NCBI GenBank assembly: GCA_963761305.1 | Contig: CAVXGK010000002.1 | Location: forward strand, 704,001-768,000 | Direction: 5' to 3' | DNA length: 64,000 nucleotides | Origin: an uncultured Gemmatimonadaceae bacterium | GTDB taxonomy: Bacteria > Gemmatimonadota > Gemmatimonadetes > Gemmatimonadales > Gemmatimonadaceae | Part shown: positions 51,014 through 61,513 of the stretch, one piece after another | How positions within the stretch are numbered: the stretch's first letter is position 1 | Layout of the letters: every line of letters begins with the position of its first letter | Translations under genes and position numbers: made by a program | The notes under the pieces: model-generated | What the model saw: only the letters and a program-made list of their open reading frames with translations | The model's database searches: none | Told to the model about the DNA's origin: nothing

Positions 51014-52315
51014 ATGCCCCCACGCACGCTCTCGTCTCTCGCCCACGCGCTAACTGTCTCGGCCGATCCCGACGCCGCGCTCGCCGCTTTGGGCGAAGCG
51101 TTGGCGGAAGTCGATCGCGTCGCACGGCTCGCGCTGGTTCATTTCGACGAACGGCGCGAGATGCTGGTCGAGCGGTTGCTGCTCACGCCCGCCGGTTTGG
51201 AACGCGTGGCGCTCGACACGACGTTCGATCATCTGCCCACGCGAGAGCGCACGGCGATCGCCGCCGGCGGCCAGTTCGTCGACTTCGCCGACTCGAGCGA
51301 CGAGTTCGCGCGCCTGTTCCAGATTCCGTCTTTCGGTGAGTCGGGTTGGCTCAACGTGCGCGGGCTGCGCTATGACGGACACCTGAGTGCGCTGCTCGTG
51401 CTCTACGAGACGCGGAAACTGTTCGGAGCGCGCACGGCGGAACGTTTTCTCCCGGCCATCGCGCTGTTCGAGCTCGCATACCTTCGCTTTCTCGAGCGCT
51501 CGGCGCGCGACGAGGCGGTGCACACCCTGGAAGACGTCACCCAACGCGTCCACGGCGAGTACGAGACGCGGCTGGCCGAGCTGGAATCGCGACTCACGAA
51601 TACGAGCAGCGCACCCGACTCCAGCGACTCGGCGCGCGTGTTCGCTCTCGAGCGCGAGCTGGCGCGCGCGAACGAAGACGCGCGTCGCGCGTTGAAGCGC
51701 GCCGAGGCGGTCGACGCGACCGTTGCCTCGGCGGTGGAACAGCTCGAAAAGGCCCACGTCGAGCTCCACCGCCGAAGTGAAGCAGTGCGTCAGAAGACAC
51801 GCACTATCTTTCTCATTGACAAGGTCTTGACCGTCGACGCCTCGACCGATGATCCGCGTCAGTTGGCCGACGGCCTCCTGTCGCTGGTCGGCGACGAGAT
51901 GCACGCGCAGCGCTGTTCGCTGATGCTCCGAACACCCGAAGGTGATTCGCTCTACATCGCCGCGGCGAGGGGCGTCGCGCCGGGCGTGCTGGAGGGAATG
52001 CGAGTGGCGATGGGGCAGGGAGTTGCCGGGCGCGTCGCCCTCGCGCGAGAGCCCGTGCTCGTCCGCGACGCAACCGAGGCGCACACCCATCCGCTGCTGC
52101 AGGACGGGCACTTTACGACGGGCTCGTTCATTAGCTTCCCCTTGGTCTATCACGACGAGCTGGTCGGCGTCGTGAACGTGGCGAACCGCGCCATGCAGGG
52201 GATCTTCACCGAAGAGGATGTGGACCGCGTGCGCCTGCTCGGCCTCGTGATCTCGATCGTCGCCTCACACGCCCGACTGCCGGACCGCCTCGTTGAGGCG
52301 CTCAGTGTCCGGTAG
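51014..52315 (+). CDS. GAF domain protein with central coiled coil
   Basis: C-terminal GQGVAGRVA..SFISFPL..LVGVVNV; heptad-rich middle; no output domain seen. Confidence 0.82.
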   Translation: MPPRTLSSLAHALTVSADPDAALAALGEALAEVDRVARLALVHFDERREMLVERLLLTPAGLERVALDTTFDHLPTRERTAIAAGGQFVDFADSSDEFARLFQIPSFGESGWLNVRGLRYDGHLSALLVLYETRKLFGARTAERFLPAIALFELAYLRFLERSARDEAVHTLEDVTQRVHGEYETRLAELESRLTNTSSAPDSSDSARVFALERELARANEDARRALKRAEAVDATVASAVEQLEKAHVELHRRSEAVRQKTRTIFLIDKVLTVDASTDDPRQLADGLLSLVGDEMHAQRCSLMLRTPEGDSLYIAAARGVAPGVLEGMRVAMGQGVAGRVALAREPVLVRDATEAHTHPLLQDGHFTTGSFISFPLVYHDELVGVVNVANRAMQGIFTEEDVDRVRLLGLVISIVASHARLPDRLVEALSVR

Positions 52316-53357
52316 CTCGCCGGCAAACGCACTTCTCTCCACCGTACGTCGTCTCACCGCGGGCGAGGCTCCCGACCCGCTGGAGCTGACGGCCGCCTTT
52401 GACGTCGTGTTCAACGGCGACGCGACCCCCGCCCAGATCGCCGCTCTGCTGATCGGGCTGCGGGTGAGGGGCGAAACACCGGCGGAGCTCGCCGCTGTCG
52501 TCAGGTCGTTCCGCGGTGCGATGGTGCATTTGCCGGCCGATCGCCCTGACGAACTGGTAGACACGTGCGGAACCGGCGGCGGCTCGATCAACACGTTCAA
52601 CATCTCGACCGCCGCCGCATTCGTCGCGGCCGGGAGTGGTCTGCGGGTCGCGAAACACGGCAACCGGTCGTTCACGACCCAATGCGGCAGCGCCGACATC
52701 CTCGAGGCGCTCGGCGTGTCGATCGAAGCGCCGGTGACGACCATGGCGTCGGCGCTCGCCGAGGCGGGAATCGTGTTCATGTTCGCGCCGCTCATGCATC
52801 CGGCGATGCGACACGTCGGCCCGGTTCGACGCGAGCTCGGCGTGCACACGGTAATGAACCTCATCGGACCGCTCGCGAACCCGGCCGGAGCCGGTCGTCA
52901 GGTCGTCGGCGTCTCCGACGCGAGGCGACTTCCGCTCATCGCCGGCGCGCTGGCTGAGTTGGGAGCGGTGCACGCGCTCGTCCTCCACGGCGAAGGGATG
53001 GACGAGATCTCCCCGTTCGCCGACAGCAAAGTGATCGAGGTCCGCGGCGGCGCGATGAGCGAGTGGACGATTAGCCCCAAGCGCTACGGGTTCGGAAGCG
53101 GCTCACCCGATCAGATCGCGGGCGGCGTTCCGGCCCAGAACGCCGAGACGGTGCTCGCCGTACTTCGCGGCTCGGGCAACGCGCCGGCGACGGCCGCCGT
53201 CGTTCTCAACGCTGCCGCCGCGCTTTACGTGGGCGGCTCCGCCCCGACCTTCGACGACGCTGTGGCTTCGGCGAAAGAAGCGGTCAAGTCAGGAGTGGGG
53301 CTCAATGCACTCGAACGCCTGCGCAAGGCGTTCGTGCGACCGACTGCTCAGGCCTGA
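52305..53357 (+). CDS. trpD: Anthranilate phosphoribosyltransferase
   Basis: DTCGTGG, TFNIST, KHGNR, GSAD, GPLANP, GMDE. Confidence 0.97.
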   Translation: MSGSSPANALLSTVRRLTAGEAPDPLELTAAFDVVFNGDATPAQIAALLIGLRVRGETPAELAAVVRSFRGAMVHLPADRPDELVDTCGTGGGSINTFNISTAAAFVAAGSGLRVAKHGNRSFTTQCGSADILEALGVSIEAPVTTMASALAEAGIVFMFAPLMHPAMRHVGPVRRELGVHTVMNLIGPLANPAGAGRQVVGVSDARRLPLIAGALAELGAVHALVLHGEGMDEISPFADSKVIEVRGGAMSEWTISPKRYGFGSGSPDQIAGGVPAQNAETVLAVLRGSGNAPATAAVVLNAAAALYVGGSAPTFDDAVASAKEAVKSGVGLNALERLRKAFVRPTAQA

Positions 53358-53369
53358 CGACTAGTTGTC

Positions 53370-53390
53370 CTACCGGTCTACCGGTCTACC
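53370..53390. repeat. Short tandem repeat (ctaccggt) x2.6 between convergent trpD and lexA
   Basis: ctaccggtctaccggtctacc. Confidence 0.7.
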
Positions 53391-53999
53391 TCAGTACCGC
53401 CGTAAGACTCCAACGACGATTCCCTGGATCTTGATGTCGTTCTCGTGGAGGTACATAGGCTGCATCGTCTCATTGGCCGGTTGAAGGCGAATGCGGCCGT
53501 CGCGCTCCCGGTAGAACTTCTTGACCGTCGCCGACGAGCCGTTGAGCAGGGCGATCACCATTTCGCCGTTGTCGGCCCGCTGTCGCTCGTTCACGACCAC
53601 GAAGTCGCCGTCGCGAATCTGCTCGTCGATCATGGAATTGCCGCGGACTCGGAGCACATAGTGGCTGCCGGACCGGCCGATCAGCGCCTCCGGGACAGTG
53701 AGCGTCTCACCATGCTCGAGGGCCTCGATGGGAACGCCGGCCGCGACAGCGCCGAGCAGCGGGAGCTCGATCGCCCGCGGTGACGCCTCGGTCGGCAGGA
53801 TCTCGATCGCGCGGCTTTCATTGTAGCTTCGCTTGATGTAGCCCTTGCGCTCGAGGTTCGTCAGGTGCTCGTGGACCGTGGCGAGCGAGTTGTAATCAAA
53901 GTTCTCGGCGATCTCCTCGAAGCTCGGCGCGAAGCCGTTTTGCTCGGTGTACGCCGTGAGATAGTTTAGTATTTCGCGCTGGCGCTTCGTGAGCGGCAT
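53391..53999 (-). CDS. lexA: SOS repressor LexA
   Basis: LTKRQREI, PSFEEI wHTH, VAAG cleavage site, GNSM serine, TVKK lysine. Confidence 0.97.
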   Translation of the reverse strand: MPLTKRQREILNYLTAYTEQNGFAPSFEEIAENFDYNSLATVHEHLTNLERKGYIKRSYNESRAIEILPTEASPRAIELPLLGAVAAGVPIEALEHGETLTVPEALIGRSGSHYVLRVRGNSMIDEQIRDGDFVVVNERQRADNGEMVIALLNGSSATVKKFYRERDGRIRLQPANETMQPMYLHENDIKIQGIVVGVLRRY

Positions 54000-54046
54000 G
54001 GACAGTGACCTGTTCAGTCGGGTTGATGGTCTCGTGACCCGGGGCA

Positions 54047-54095
54047 CCGAAGAAGACCCGAATCCAACGATATCCGAATAGGTACCGAAGTGCAA
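54047..54095 (-). promoter_or_regulatory. Predicted sigma70 promoter of lexA with two TTCGG-N6-TTCGG boxes
   Basis: Minus strand TTGCAC (54095-54090), 17 nt, TATCGT (54072-54067); boxes at 54047-54062 and 54074-54089. Confidence 0.7.
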
Positions 54096-54926
54096 GCGTC
54101 GACTGCTTGGACCGCGCCTGGGGGTACCCTCGGACGCCTCGTCGCCGAGGCGCGGCGGCGCGTCGACGCTTTGATCCCGAGGCGGGGCGAGCTCGAGCAA
54201 GCGGCCACGCGCATCGCCCGTCCGCCCGAGTTCGGCAGCGCACTTCGCCGCCGCGACGTCGCCGTTGTCGCCGAGGTGAAGCGACGGTCGCCGTCCAAGG
54301 GTTGGATCAACGCAGGGCTCTCGGCCGTCGACCAAGCGCAAGCATACGCGACCGGCGGCGCGGCTGCGATCTCGGTGCTCACCGAGCCCGATCACTTCGG
54401 CGGATCGGTGGACGACCTCGTTGCCGTGCGCGAAGCCGTCTCGGTGCCCGTGCTGAAAAAGGACTTTCACGTCGATCCGATTCAGCTGGTCGAAGCGAAG
54501 GCGATCGGCGCATCCGCGGCGCTGCTCATCGTTCGCGCGCTGTCGCCCGACGCGCTGGTCGAGATGGTTCGTGCCGCCGACGAGCTGGGGCTCGAGGTGC
54601 TGCTCGAGGTTCGAGACCTCGAGGAACTGAGCCGCGCCGTGGACGCCGCATCGAGCAGCAACACCGCGACGGTCATCGGCGTGAACAACCGCAACCTCGA
54701 GACGCTGGTCATCGACTCCGGTCGCGCCGAAGAGCTGATCGACAAGATCCCGACGCGCTTCGTGGCGATCGCCGAGAGCGGCGTCAGTGGTCGGCGCGAC
54801 GTGGAGCGCATCGCGGCAAGCCACGCCGATGCCGTGCTCGTTGGCTCCGCCGTGTCGGCGGCTGCCGACCCGTGCGCGTCGGTGCGAGATCTCACGAACG
54901 TGCCGAGGCAACCCCGTGCTGTCTGA
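54090..54926 (+). CDS. trpC: Indole-3-glycerol phosphate synthase
   Basis: AEVKRRSPSKG, ISVLTE, LKKDF, GVNNRNL, AESG. Confidence 0.96.
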   Translation: MQASTAWTAPGGTLGRLVAEARRRVDALIPRRGELEQAATRIARPPEFGSALRRRDVAVVAEVKRRSPSKGWINAGLSAVDQAQAYATGGAAAISVLTEPDHFGGSVDDLVAVREAVSVPVLKKDFHVDPIQLVEAKAIGASAALLIVRALSPDALVEMVRAADELGLEVLLEVRDLEELSRAVDAASSSNTATVIGVNNRNLETLVIDSGRAEELIDKIPTRFVAIAESGVSGRRDVERIAASHADAVLVGSAVSAAADPCASVRDLTNVPRQPRAV

Positions 54927-55584
54927 GCGCTCCGGTCCGGCCATCAAGTTCTGCGGACTCACGCTGGCGGAAGACGTGACCTACGCGGCCGAGCTGGGCG
55001 CGTCATACGTGGGCGTGATCTTCGCCAGCGGGCCTCGTTTGCTGACCGAGGATCGAGCGGCCGCGGTGTTGGCGGACGTGCCGCGGGACGTGGGACGCGT
55101 CGGCGTCTTCGGCGATCAGCCGCCGGCCGAGATCGCCCGAATCGCGCGGCGGCTGTCGCTTCGGGCGGTGCAACTGCACGGGGCAAGTGATGTCGCGCGC
55201 GTCGACGCGGTGCGGAGCGCTGTCGACGCCGAGGTGTGGCCGGTGATCCGCATCCCGGGGAGCTCGCTGCCGCCCCACGCGACCGGGATCGCTGCGATCT
55301 CCGACGTGCTCTTTCTCGACTCGTTCGTCGACGGATCGCTCGGCGGGTCGGGGGTGGCCTTCGCTTGGGACGAGATGGCGACCAAGATTCAATCACTGCG
55401 AATCGGCAAGCGCGTCGTGTTGGCCGGCGGTCTTCGTCCGGACAACGTGGCGCGGGCGATCGCGGCGATTTCGCCGGACGTGGTGGACGTCTCATCGGGC
55501 GTCGAGTCGGCGCCCGGCATCAAGGATCACGACCGAATGCGCCTGTTCCGCGATGCAGCGATTCTGACATCGATACCGAAATGA
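54916..55584 (+). CDS. trpF: Phosphoribosylanthranilate isomerase
   Basis: [30 protein letters not shown]. Confidence 0.96.
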   Translation: MLSERSGPAIKFCGLTLAEDVTYAAELGASYVGVIFASGPRLLTEDRAAAVLADVPRDVGRVGVFGDQPPAEIARIARRLSLRAVQLHGASDVARVDAVRSAVDAEVWPVIRIPGSSLPPHATGIAAISDVLFLDSFVDGSLGGSGVAFAWDEMATKIQSLRIGKRVVLAGGLRPDNVARAIAAISPDVVDVSSGVESAPGIKDHDRMRLFRDAAILTSIPK

Positions 55585-56771
55585 CGGCGACCGAGCCACG
55601 CACCGATCGGTTCGGCGCCTTCGGCGGCCGCTACGTCCCGGAGACGCTGATTCCGGCCATCGACGAGCTGGAGCGCGCCTACGACGAAGCCCGCGCCGAT
55701 CCAGGGTTCGTCGCCGACCTGGAAGAGATGCTCACGAACTACGTGGGTCGCCCGTCCGCGCTGACGGACGCTCCGCGCTTTTCTGAGCACGTCGGCGCGC
55801 CCGTGTGGCTCAAGCGCGAAGATCTGAACCACACCGGCGCGCATAAGATCAACAACACGGTCGGCCAGGCGCTGCTCGCACGGCGCATGGGTAAGCGCCG
55901 GATCATCGCGGAGACCGGAGCGGGGCAGCACGGCGTGGCGACGGCGACGGTCTGCGCGCGGTTCGGCCTCGAGTGCGTCGTGTACATGGGCGAGGAAGAC
56001 ATGCGCCGGCAGGAGCTGAACGTCTTCCGCATGCGGCTCATGGGCGCGAAAGTCGTCGGCGTGTCGAGCGGCACGCAAACGCTCAAGGACGCGACGACGG
56101 AAGCGATCCGCGACTGGGTGACCAACGTCAACGACACCTACTACATCATCGGATCCGTCGTCGGACCGGCGCCGTACCCGCGCATGGTGCGCGATTTTCA
56201 GTCCGTGATCGGACGGGAGGCGCGCGCGCAGATGCTCGAACGCGCCGGCCGCTTGCCGAAAACGGTCGTGGCGTGCGTCGGCGGCGGGTCGAACGCCATG
56301 GGCGCGTTTCACGCGTTCGTCGACGACGCGGCCGTGGAGCTGGTCGGCGTGGAGGCGGCGGGCGAAGGGCTGAACACCGAACGTCATTCGGCGTCGCTGG
56401 CGCGCGGGCGTCCGGGGGTGCTCCACGGTTCGCTCAGTTATCTGTTGCAGGACGAGTTCGGGCAGGTGCATCCCGCGCATTCGATTTCCGCAGGGCTCGA
56501 CTATCCGGGCGTCGGGCCGGAGCACTCGTACCTCAAGGACACCGGGCGCGCGCAGTACGTCGCCGTCTCGGACAAGGAAGCGCTCGAGGCGTTCGGCCTT
56601 CTCAGCCGGCTGGAAGGAATCATTCCGGCGCTGGAGACGGCGCACGCCGTGAGCTGGATCGCATCGCAGCGCGGGCGGTGGAATCGCGACGAGCCGGTGC
56701 TCCTGTGCGTGAGCGGCCGCGGCGACAAGGACGTGGCGCAAGTCAGCTCGATGAGTATTCTCGAACCGTGA
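55581..56771 (+). CDS. trpB: Tryptophan synthase beta chain
   Basis: [48 protein letters not shown]. Confidence 0.98.
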   Translation: MTATEPRTDRFGAFGGRYVPETLIPAIDELERAYDEARADPGFVADLEEMLTNYVGRPSALTDAPRFSEHVGAPVWLKREDLNHTGAHKINNTVGQALLARRMGKRRIIAETGAGQHGVATATVCARFGLECVVYMGEEDMRRQELNVFRMRLMGAKVVGVSSGTQTLKDATTEAIRDWVTNVNDTYYIIGSVVGPAPYPRMVRDFQSVIGREARAQMLERAGRLPKTVVACVGGGSNAMGAFHAFVDDAAVELVGVEAAGEGLNTERHSASLARGRPGVLHGSLSYLLQDEFGQVHPAHSISAGLDYPGVGPEHSYLKDTGRAQYVAVSDKEALEAFGLLSRLEGIIPALETAHAVSWIASQRGRWNRDEPVLLCVSGRGDKDVAQVSSMSILEP

Positions 56772-58504
56772 CGTCGCCTACGTCGCCGCCCGTGTCGTCG
56801 CTCAGGCCGCCGTCGGCACCGTCCGACGCGACCGAGCTCCCGTTCCCGCCGGCGCCGATCGAAGAGTGGCTGCGGCTCCTCGCCAAGGCGGGCCGCGCCC
56901 TCCAGCTCTACCTGCCGAACAATCCGATCTACCGCAGCGCGATCGACGCGCTCCGCGCGGGCTTCCGTCCGATCTGGGCGCAGACCGACGAGTTCACCCT
57001 CACGGTCGGCGAGACGGACCTGCGCTGGCACGACGCGGTCGTGTCGAGCGATTCGAACATGGGAAAGACGGCGGACAATCTCGCCTGGCTGTTGTACAAG
57101 GACGGCCTGCGCGAGGTGACCTTCGAACGCGGATTCGAAGACGCGGAGTGCGTCAAACTGCTGGAGATCATTCAACGTGCTCGGCATGCGCAGCCTGACG
57201 ACGATGACCTCGTCGCCATGTTGTGGGAAGCCGACTTGTCGTTCCTCAAGTACCGCTACATCGATCTCCTGCACGACGGATCCGGCGGCGATCCGACCGA
57301 CGGCACCACCGCACAACCGGCGACGCCGGGCGAGGTAGCCGCGGCGGCCCACGAGCCGCCGCCCGAGACGAACGTCGCCTCCGTCGTCAACCTCGCCGAC
57401 TTCGATTCGACGCTCTACTTCCTCGACGAATCGGAGATCGAGTACCTGCAAGGAGAGATCGCGCGCGAATATCAGCAGGATCTCCGCGCGAACGTCGTCG
57501 CCGCCCTGTTCGACATCGTCGACGCGCAACAGAATCCCGCAGTGCGAGTCGAGGCGATCGAGAACGTCCACACGTTGATGGCGTTTCTCCTCGTCGGCAG
57601 CCATTTCCGCGGCGCGGCGTACGCGCTGCGCGAGTCGCAGGAGTCGCTGACGCGCGCCGGTGAGCTCTCGCCCGAGCACAAGCAACGGCTGGGCGACCTG
57701 GCCACCCGCCTCAGCGCCCCGGACACACTCGCCCAGTTGCTCCAGGCGCTGGACGATGCGTCCGACCTGCCGCCGCCGGAGGATCTGCAGGCGCTGTTCG
57801 AGCAGCTGCAGCCGGTGGCGCTCGCGACCGTGTTTCAGTGGTTGAATCGCTCGCGCAACGAGCGTCTGCGCCCCTTGCTCGAGTTGGCCGCTGAACGACT
57901 CGCGTCGGCGAATACCGCGCAGCTCGTGAAGCTCATCGACTCGCCGGATCCCGAGGTCGCGCTCGAAGCGATCCGTCGATCGGGCGGTCTCAAAGCGCAG
58001 GGCGCCGTGCCGCAGCTGGCGAAGGTTCTCGCCGGCGGCGACGACGAGCGGCGACAGCTCGCGGTCGGCGCGCTTACGGCGATCGGCTCGCCCGGCGCGC
58101 TGCAAGCCCTCGAACGCGCGCTCGAGGACGAGAGTCGCGACGTCCGCGTCGGCGCCGCACGCGCCTATGCGTCGCAGCCGCACAAACCGGCCGCGGCGCG
58201 TCTCGAGGCGGCGGTGAAGGGCAGGATTCGCGACGCGGACCTCACCGAGCGCATGGCCTTCTTCGAGGCGTACGGCGCGGTGACGGGTGAAGCCGGCATT
58301 GTGCTGTGCGACAACATTCTCAACGGACGAGGCTTCCTCGGCCGGCGCGAAGACGACGAGCTCCGCGCGTGCGCGGCGATGGCGCTTGGCCGCATTGGAA
58401 CTCCGAAGGCACTCGAGTCGTTGCGGAAGGCCGCGGGCGAGAAGGACGTCATCGTGCGGAACGCGGTGACGCGCGCGCTGCGCGGCCCGGGAGCCGGCCA
58501 GTGA
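56768..58504 (+). CDS. HEAT-repeat domain protein
   Basis: LYLPNNP N-terminal motif; C-terminal repeats such as [19 protein letters not shown] overlaps at both ends. Confidence 0.85.
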   Translation: MTSPTSPPVSSLRPPSAPSDATELPFPPAPIEEWLRLLAKAGRALQLYLPNNPIYRSAIDALRAGFRPIWAQTDEFTLTVGETDLRWHDAVVSSDSNMGKTADNLAWLLYKDGLREVTFERGFEDAECVKLLEIIQRARHAQPDDDDLVAMLWEADLSFLKYRYIDLLHDGSGGDPTDGTTAQPATPGEVAAAAHEPPPETNVASVVNLADFDSTLYFLDESEIEYLQGEIAREYQQDLRANVVAALFDIVDAQQNPAVRVEAIENVHTLMAFLLVGSHFRGAAYALRESQESLTRAGELSPEHKQRLGDLATRLSAPDTLAQLLQALDDASDLPPPEDLQALFEQLQPVALATVFQWLNRSRNERLRPLLELAAERLASANTAQLVKLIDSPDPEVALEAIRRSGGLKAQGAVPQLAKVLAGGDDERRQLAVGALTAIGSPGALQALERALEDESRDVRVGAARAYASQPHKPAAARLEAAVKGRIRDADLTERMAFFEAYGAVTGEAGIVLCDNILNGRGFLGRREDDELRACAAMALGRIGTPKALESLRKAAGEKDVIVRNAVTRALRGPGAGQ

Positions 58505-59961
58505 CCGCTCCAACGAAAGCCGCCCCCGCCGCGGCGAGCGACCCGATCTCCGACTCGCAGGTTCGCCGCGCGGGACGGCAGCTCACCTTCGCTCTCTACG
58601 GCGCCCTTCGCGCGGTCAAGCTCTATCCGGTCGAAAACGCCGCGGTGCAAAAGGCGCTCGCCGACGTGACCGCACAGGCCAAGGGATTGATCGAGGCCGC
58701 GGGCGAGCTCGAGCTCCGTATGTCCGGCGAGTTCATCTTCGTGAATCAAACGCGGCTTCGGCTCGACCTCGACAACTTCGCCAGCTTCAGCCATCTGCTC
58801 ACGCTCTTTCGTGGATCCGGCATCGGCAGCATCACGCTCGGTACGACGGTGAGCGCGAAAGATTGGCTCATTTTTTTGTCGCTGCTGCAGGCGCCGAGCG
58901 CCGACGAACCGTCGGCGCGATTCGATCAATTGATCGAGAAGCTGGCCGCCGCCGGCGTGTCCTCGTTCAGGCTGACGCCGCCGACCGATCACGGCGACGA
59001 CGATCGCGAGAAGGCGAAAGAGCGCGCGAAGCGCACGTACGCCCAGTCGGTCGCCGCCACGCGCGACTTGATGACGTCGGTGCGCATGGGTGCCGGCGCG
59101 AACATCAAGAAGGTGAAGCGCGTGGTGCAGGGAATCGTCGACCAGATCCTCAACGAGGAGACGTCCCTCCTCGGGCTCACCACCCTGCGCGACTATGACG
59201 AATACACGTTCACGCACAGCGTGAACGTCTGCATCTTCTCGGTGGCGCTCGGGAAACGGTTGGGTCTCTCCAAGCTCCAGCTCTACGACCTCGGGATGGC
59301 CGCGCTCTTTCACGACATCGGCAAATCGCGCGTGCCGCAAGAGCTGCTGAACAAGACGGACGGGTTGTCGGAGCAGGAATGGGTGCAGATGTCGGCGCAT
59401 CCGTGGCTGGGCATCTTGGCGCTGTTCACGCTGCGCGGCGCGGAGGAACTGCCGTACCGCGCGATGGTCGTCGCGTACGAGCATCACATGAAGCTCGATT
59501 TGAGCGGCTACCCGCGGCCGGCCCGCGCGCGGCAGATGAGCGTCTTCAGCAAAATCGTGGCGATCGTGGACAGCTTCGACGCGGCGACGAGCCGCCGCGC
59601 GTATCAAACCGTGCCGTGGAGTCCCGCCGACGTGATGCGCGAGATGCGCGACAATCCACGGCGCGGCATGGACGCGGTCATCCTCAAGGCGTTCATCAAC
59701 CTGACCGGCGTCTATCCCGTCGGCACGCTGGTCGTGCTGGACACGTTCGAGCTGGCGATCGTACACGCCGTCAATCCGATCCAGGACATGTTGTCGCGGC
59801 CGATCGTGCGCGTCATCGCCGACGCGATGGGGAACCTCTCGCATCCCGGCACGCTGGCGGATCTCGCCGACCGAAACGCCGAAGGCGTGTATCTTCGCAC
59901 GATCATCAAGACCGAGGACCCACAGCGGTATGGCATCCGGATCGGCGACTATTTCGTCTGA
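58501..59961 (+). CDS. HD-GYP domain protein (putative cyclic-dinucleotide phosphodiesterase)
   Basis: YTFTHSVNV, FHDIGK, EHHMKLDLSGYP, DSFDA..RAY, YPVGTLV. Confidence 0.92.
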   Translation: MTAPTKAAPAAASDPISDSQVRRAGRQLTFALYGALRAVKLYPVENAAVQKALADVTAQAKGLIEAAGELELRMSGEFIFVNQTRLRLDLDNFASFSHLLTLFRGSGIGSITLGTTVSAKDWLIFLSLLQAPSADEPSARFDQLIEKLAAAGVSSFRLTPPTDHGDDDREKAKERAKRTYAQSVAATRDLMTSVRMGAGANIKKVKRVVQGIVDQILNEETSLLGLTTLRDYDEYTFTHSVNVCIFSVALGKRLGLSKLQLYDLGMAALFHDIGKSRVPQELLNKTDGLSEQEWVQMSAHPWLGILALFTLRGAEELPYRAMVVAYEHHMKLDLSGYPRPARARQMSVFSKIVAIVDSFDAATSRRAYQTVPWSPADVMREMRDNPRRGMDAVILKAFINLTGVYPVGTLVVLDTFELAIVHAVNPIQDMLSRPIVRVIADAMGNLSHPGTLADLADRNAEGVYLRTIIKTEDPQRYGIRIGDYFV

Positions 59962-60730
59962 CGTCATCGCGCGGCGTTTCGCCGAGCTCCGTGCGCGCAA
60001 GCGACGGGCGCTCGTTCCGTACATCACCGCCGGCCATCCGGACGCTGATCGAACGGTCGAGCTGATGCGCGGGCTGGAAGACGCCGGCGCCGACGTGATC
60101 GAGCTCGGACTTCCGTTCTCGGATCCGATGGCCGACGGCCCGGTCATTCAAGCGAGCTCGCAGCGCGCCCTCGAGCTCGGGATGAACTTCGACAAGCTGC
60201 TCGAGCTGGTGGCTCGCGCCAACGTGGGCGTGCCGCTCGTGCTGTTCAGTTACCTGAATCCAATTCTCGCCGCCGGCGACGACGCGCTGCGGCGCGCGGC
60301 GCAGGCGGGAATGAGCGGCCTGCTGCTCACCGACCTGCCGGTCGGCGCGGATCCGGAGCGAGAAGCGTGCATCGGCGCCGGCCCGCTCGAGTTCATCCGC
60401 CTCGTCGCACCCACGACGCCGCTCGACCGCATGCGCGAGATCGCGGAGCACGGACGCGGCTTCGTGTACCTCATCAGCCGCCTCGGCGTGACCGGCGCCC
60501 GCGACGACCTGCCGTCGGAACTGCCGGCGACCGTTCGCCGGCTGCGTGAAGCGACGTCGCTCCCGGTGTGCGTCGGGTTCGGCGTGTCGCGCCCGGAGCA
60601 GGCGGCGCGGGTCGCGACGATCGCCGACGGTGTCGTCGTCGGCAGCGCGATCGTGCGCGCCGCCGGAGAAAGCGTTGCCCAGGCTGTCGCCCTCGCATCG
60701 TCGCTGCGCGCGGCGATCGACGCCGCGTGA
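59930..60730 (+). CDS. trpA: Tryptophan synthase alpha chain
   Basis: IELGLPFSDPMADGPVIQ, YLNP, LVAPTT, GVTG, VGFG, VVGSA. Confidence 0.97.
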   Translation: MASGSATISSDVIARRFAELRARKRRALVPYITAGHPDADRTVELMRGLEDAGADVIELGLPFSDPMADGPVIQASSQRALELGMNFDKLLELVARANVGVPLVLFSYLNPILAAGDDALRRAAQAGMSGLLLTDLPVGADPEREACIGAGPLEFIRLVAPTTPLDRMREIAEHGRGFVYLISRLGVTGARDDLPSELPATVRRLREATSLPVCVGFGVSRPEQAARVATIADGVVVGSAIVRAAGESVAQAVALASSLRAAIDAA

Positions 60731-61110
60731 TTCGCCGCGCCGGCAAACCCACCGCGCCGGAGAAAGGGTCGGCCGTGGAGATCACGCTGCGCGCGATGCG
60801 CTTTCATGGACTCGTCGGCATTCTTCCGCACGAGCGCGACATCCCGCAGCCGATCGAGATCGATCTCACGGTGACCGTGGCGAAGGGAGAAGGCGTGATC
60901 GACTATCGCGAGCTCTACGCCATCGCCGCGAACGCCGTCGTCGGACAGACAAGCTTTCTCGAGGGACTGGCCGACCGCGTCGCCCAATCGGCGCTGGATC
61001 ATTCACCGCGCATTCGCACCGCGCGCGTCGCCGTGCGCAAACCGCACGTCGCGCTTCCCGGACCGCTGGCATACGCGGAAGTCATCGTCGAGCGCCGTGC
61101 CGATGCGTGA
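60727..61110 (+). CDS. folB: Dihydroneopterin aldolase
   Basis: GILPHER..Q, IDY, FLEGLA, VRKP; adjacent to folK. Confidence 0.88.
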   Translation: MIRRAGKPTAPEKGSAVEITLRAMRFHGLVGILPHERDIPQPIEIDLTVTVAKGEGVIDYRELYAIAANAVVGQTSFLEGLADRVAQSALDHSPRIRTARVAVRKPHVALPGPLAYAEVIVERRADA

Positions 61111-61513
61111 CGTCGCCTACATCGCGCTGGGGTCGAACCTCGGCGATCGCGCGCGACACCTGGCCCACGCGCGCGACGCGATCGCGCGCCTGCCCGACAG
61201 CCGGGTCGTCGCCGAGTCGGCCGTGGAGGAGACGGAACCGCTGGGGCAGCTCGAACAGCCGGCCTACCTGAATCAGATGGTCGCGGTCGAGACGTCGCTC
61301 ACGCCGCGAGAATTGCTCGATCGGCTGCACGCGATCGAAGCGAGCGAAGGCCGCCTGCGACGCGACCGGTGGGAGTCGCGCACGTTGGATCTGGACATCG
61401 TGTGCTTCGACGAACAGACGGCGCGCGAGCCTGATCTCGAGGTGCCCCACCCGGGACTCGCCGAGCGCGAGTTCTGGCAACGGGAACTGGCCGCACTCCG
61501 GGAGCAACGATGA
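61103..61513 (+). CDS. folK: 2-amino-4-hydroxy-6-hydroxymethyldihydropteridine diphosphokinase
   Basis: IALGSNLG, YLN, RTLDLDI, VPHP..EREF. Confidence 0.95.
   Translation: MRDVAYIALGSNLGDRARHLAHARDAIARLPDSRVVAESAVEETEPLGQLEQPAYLNQMVAVETSLTPRELLDRLHAIEASEGRLRRDRWESRTLDLDIVCFDEQTAREPDLEVPHPGLAEREFWQRELAALREQR

Noticed and set aside
53391..54962. 523-aa LexA with a long N-terminal extension
   Set aside because: The extension is antisense to trpC; LexA begins MPLTKRQ at 53999 with a promoter just upstream.
55527..60147. Long antisense ORFs (404-670 aa) opposite trpB, HEAT and HD-GYP, and similar ones elsewhere
   Set aside because: Expected from stop-codon scarcity in high-GC DNA; no recognisable motifs.
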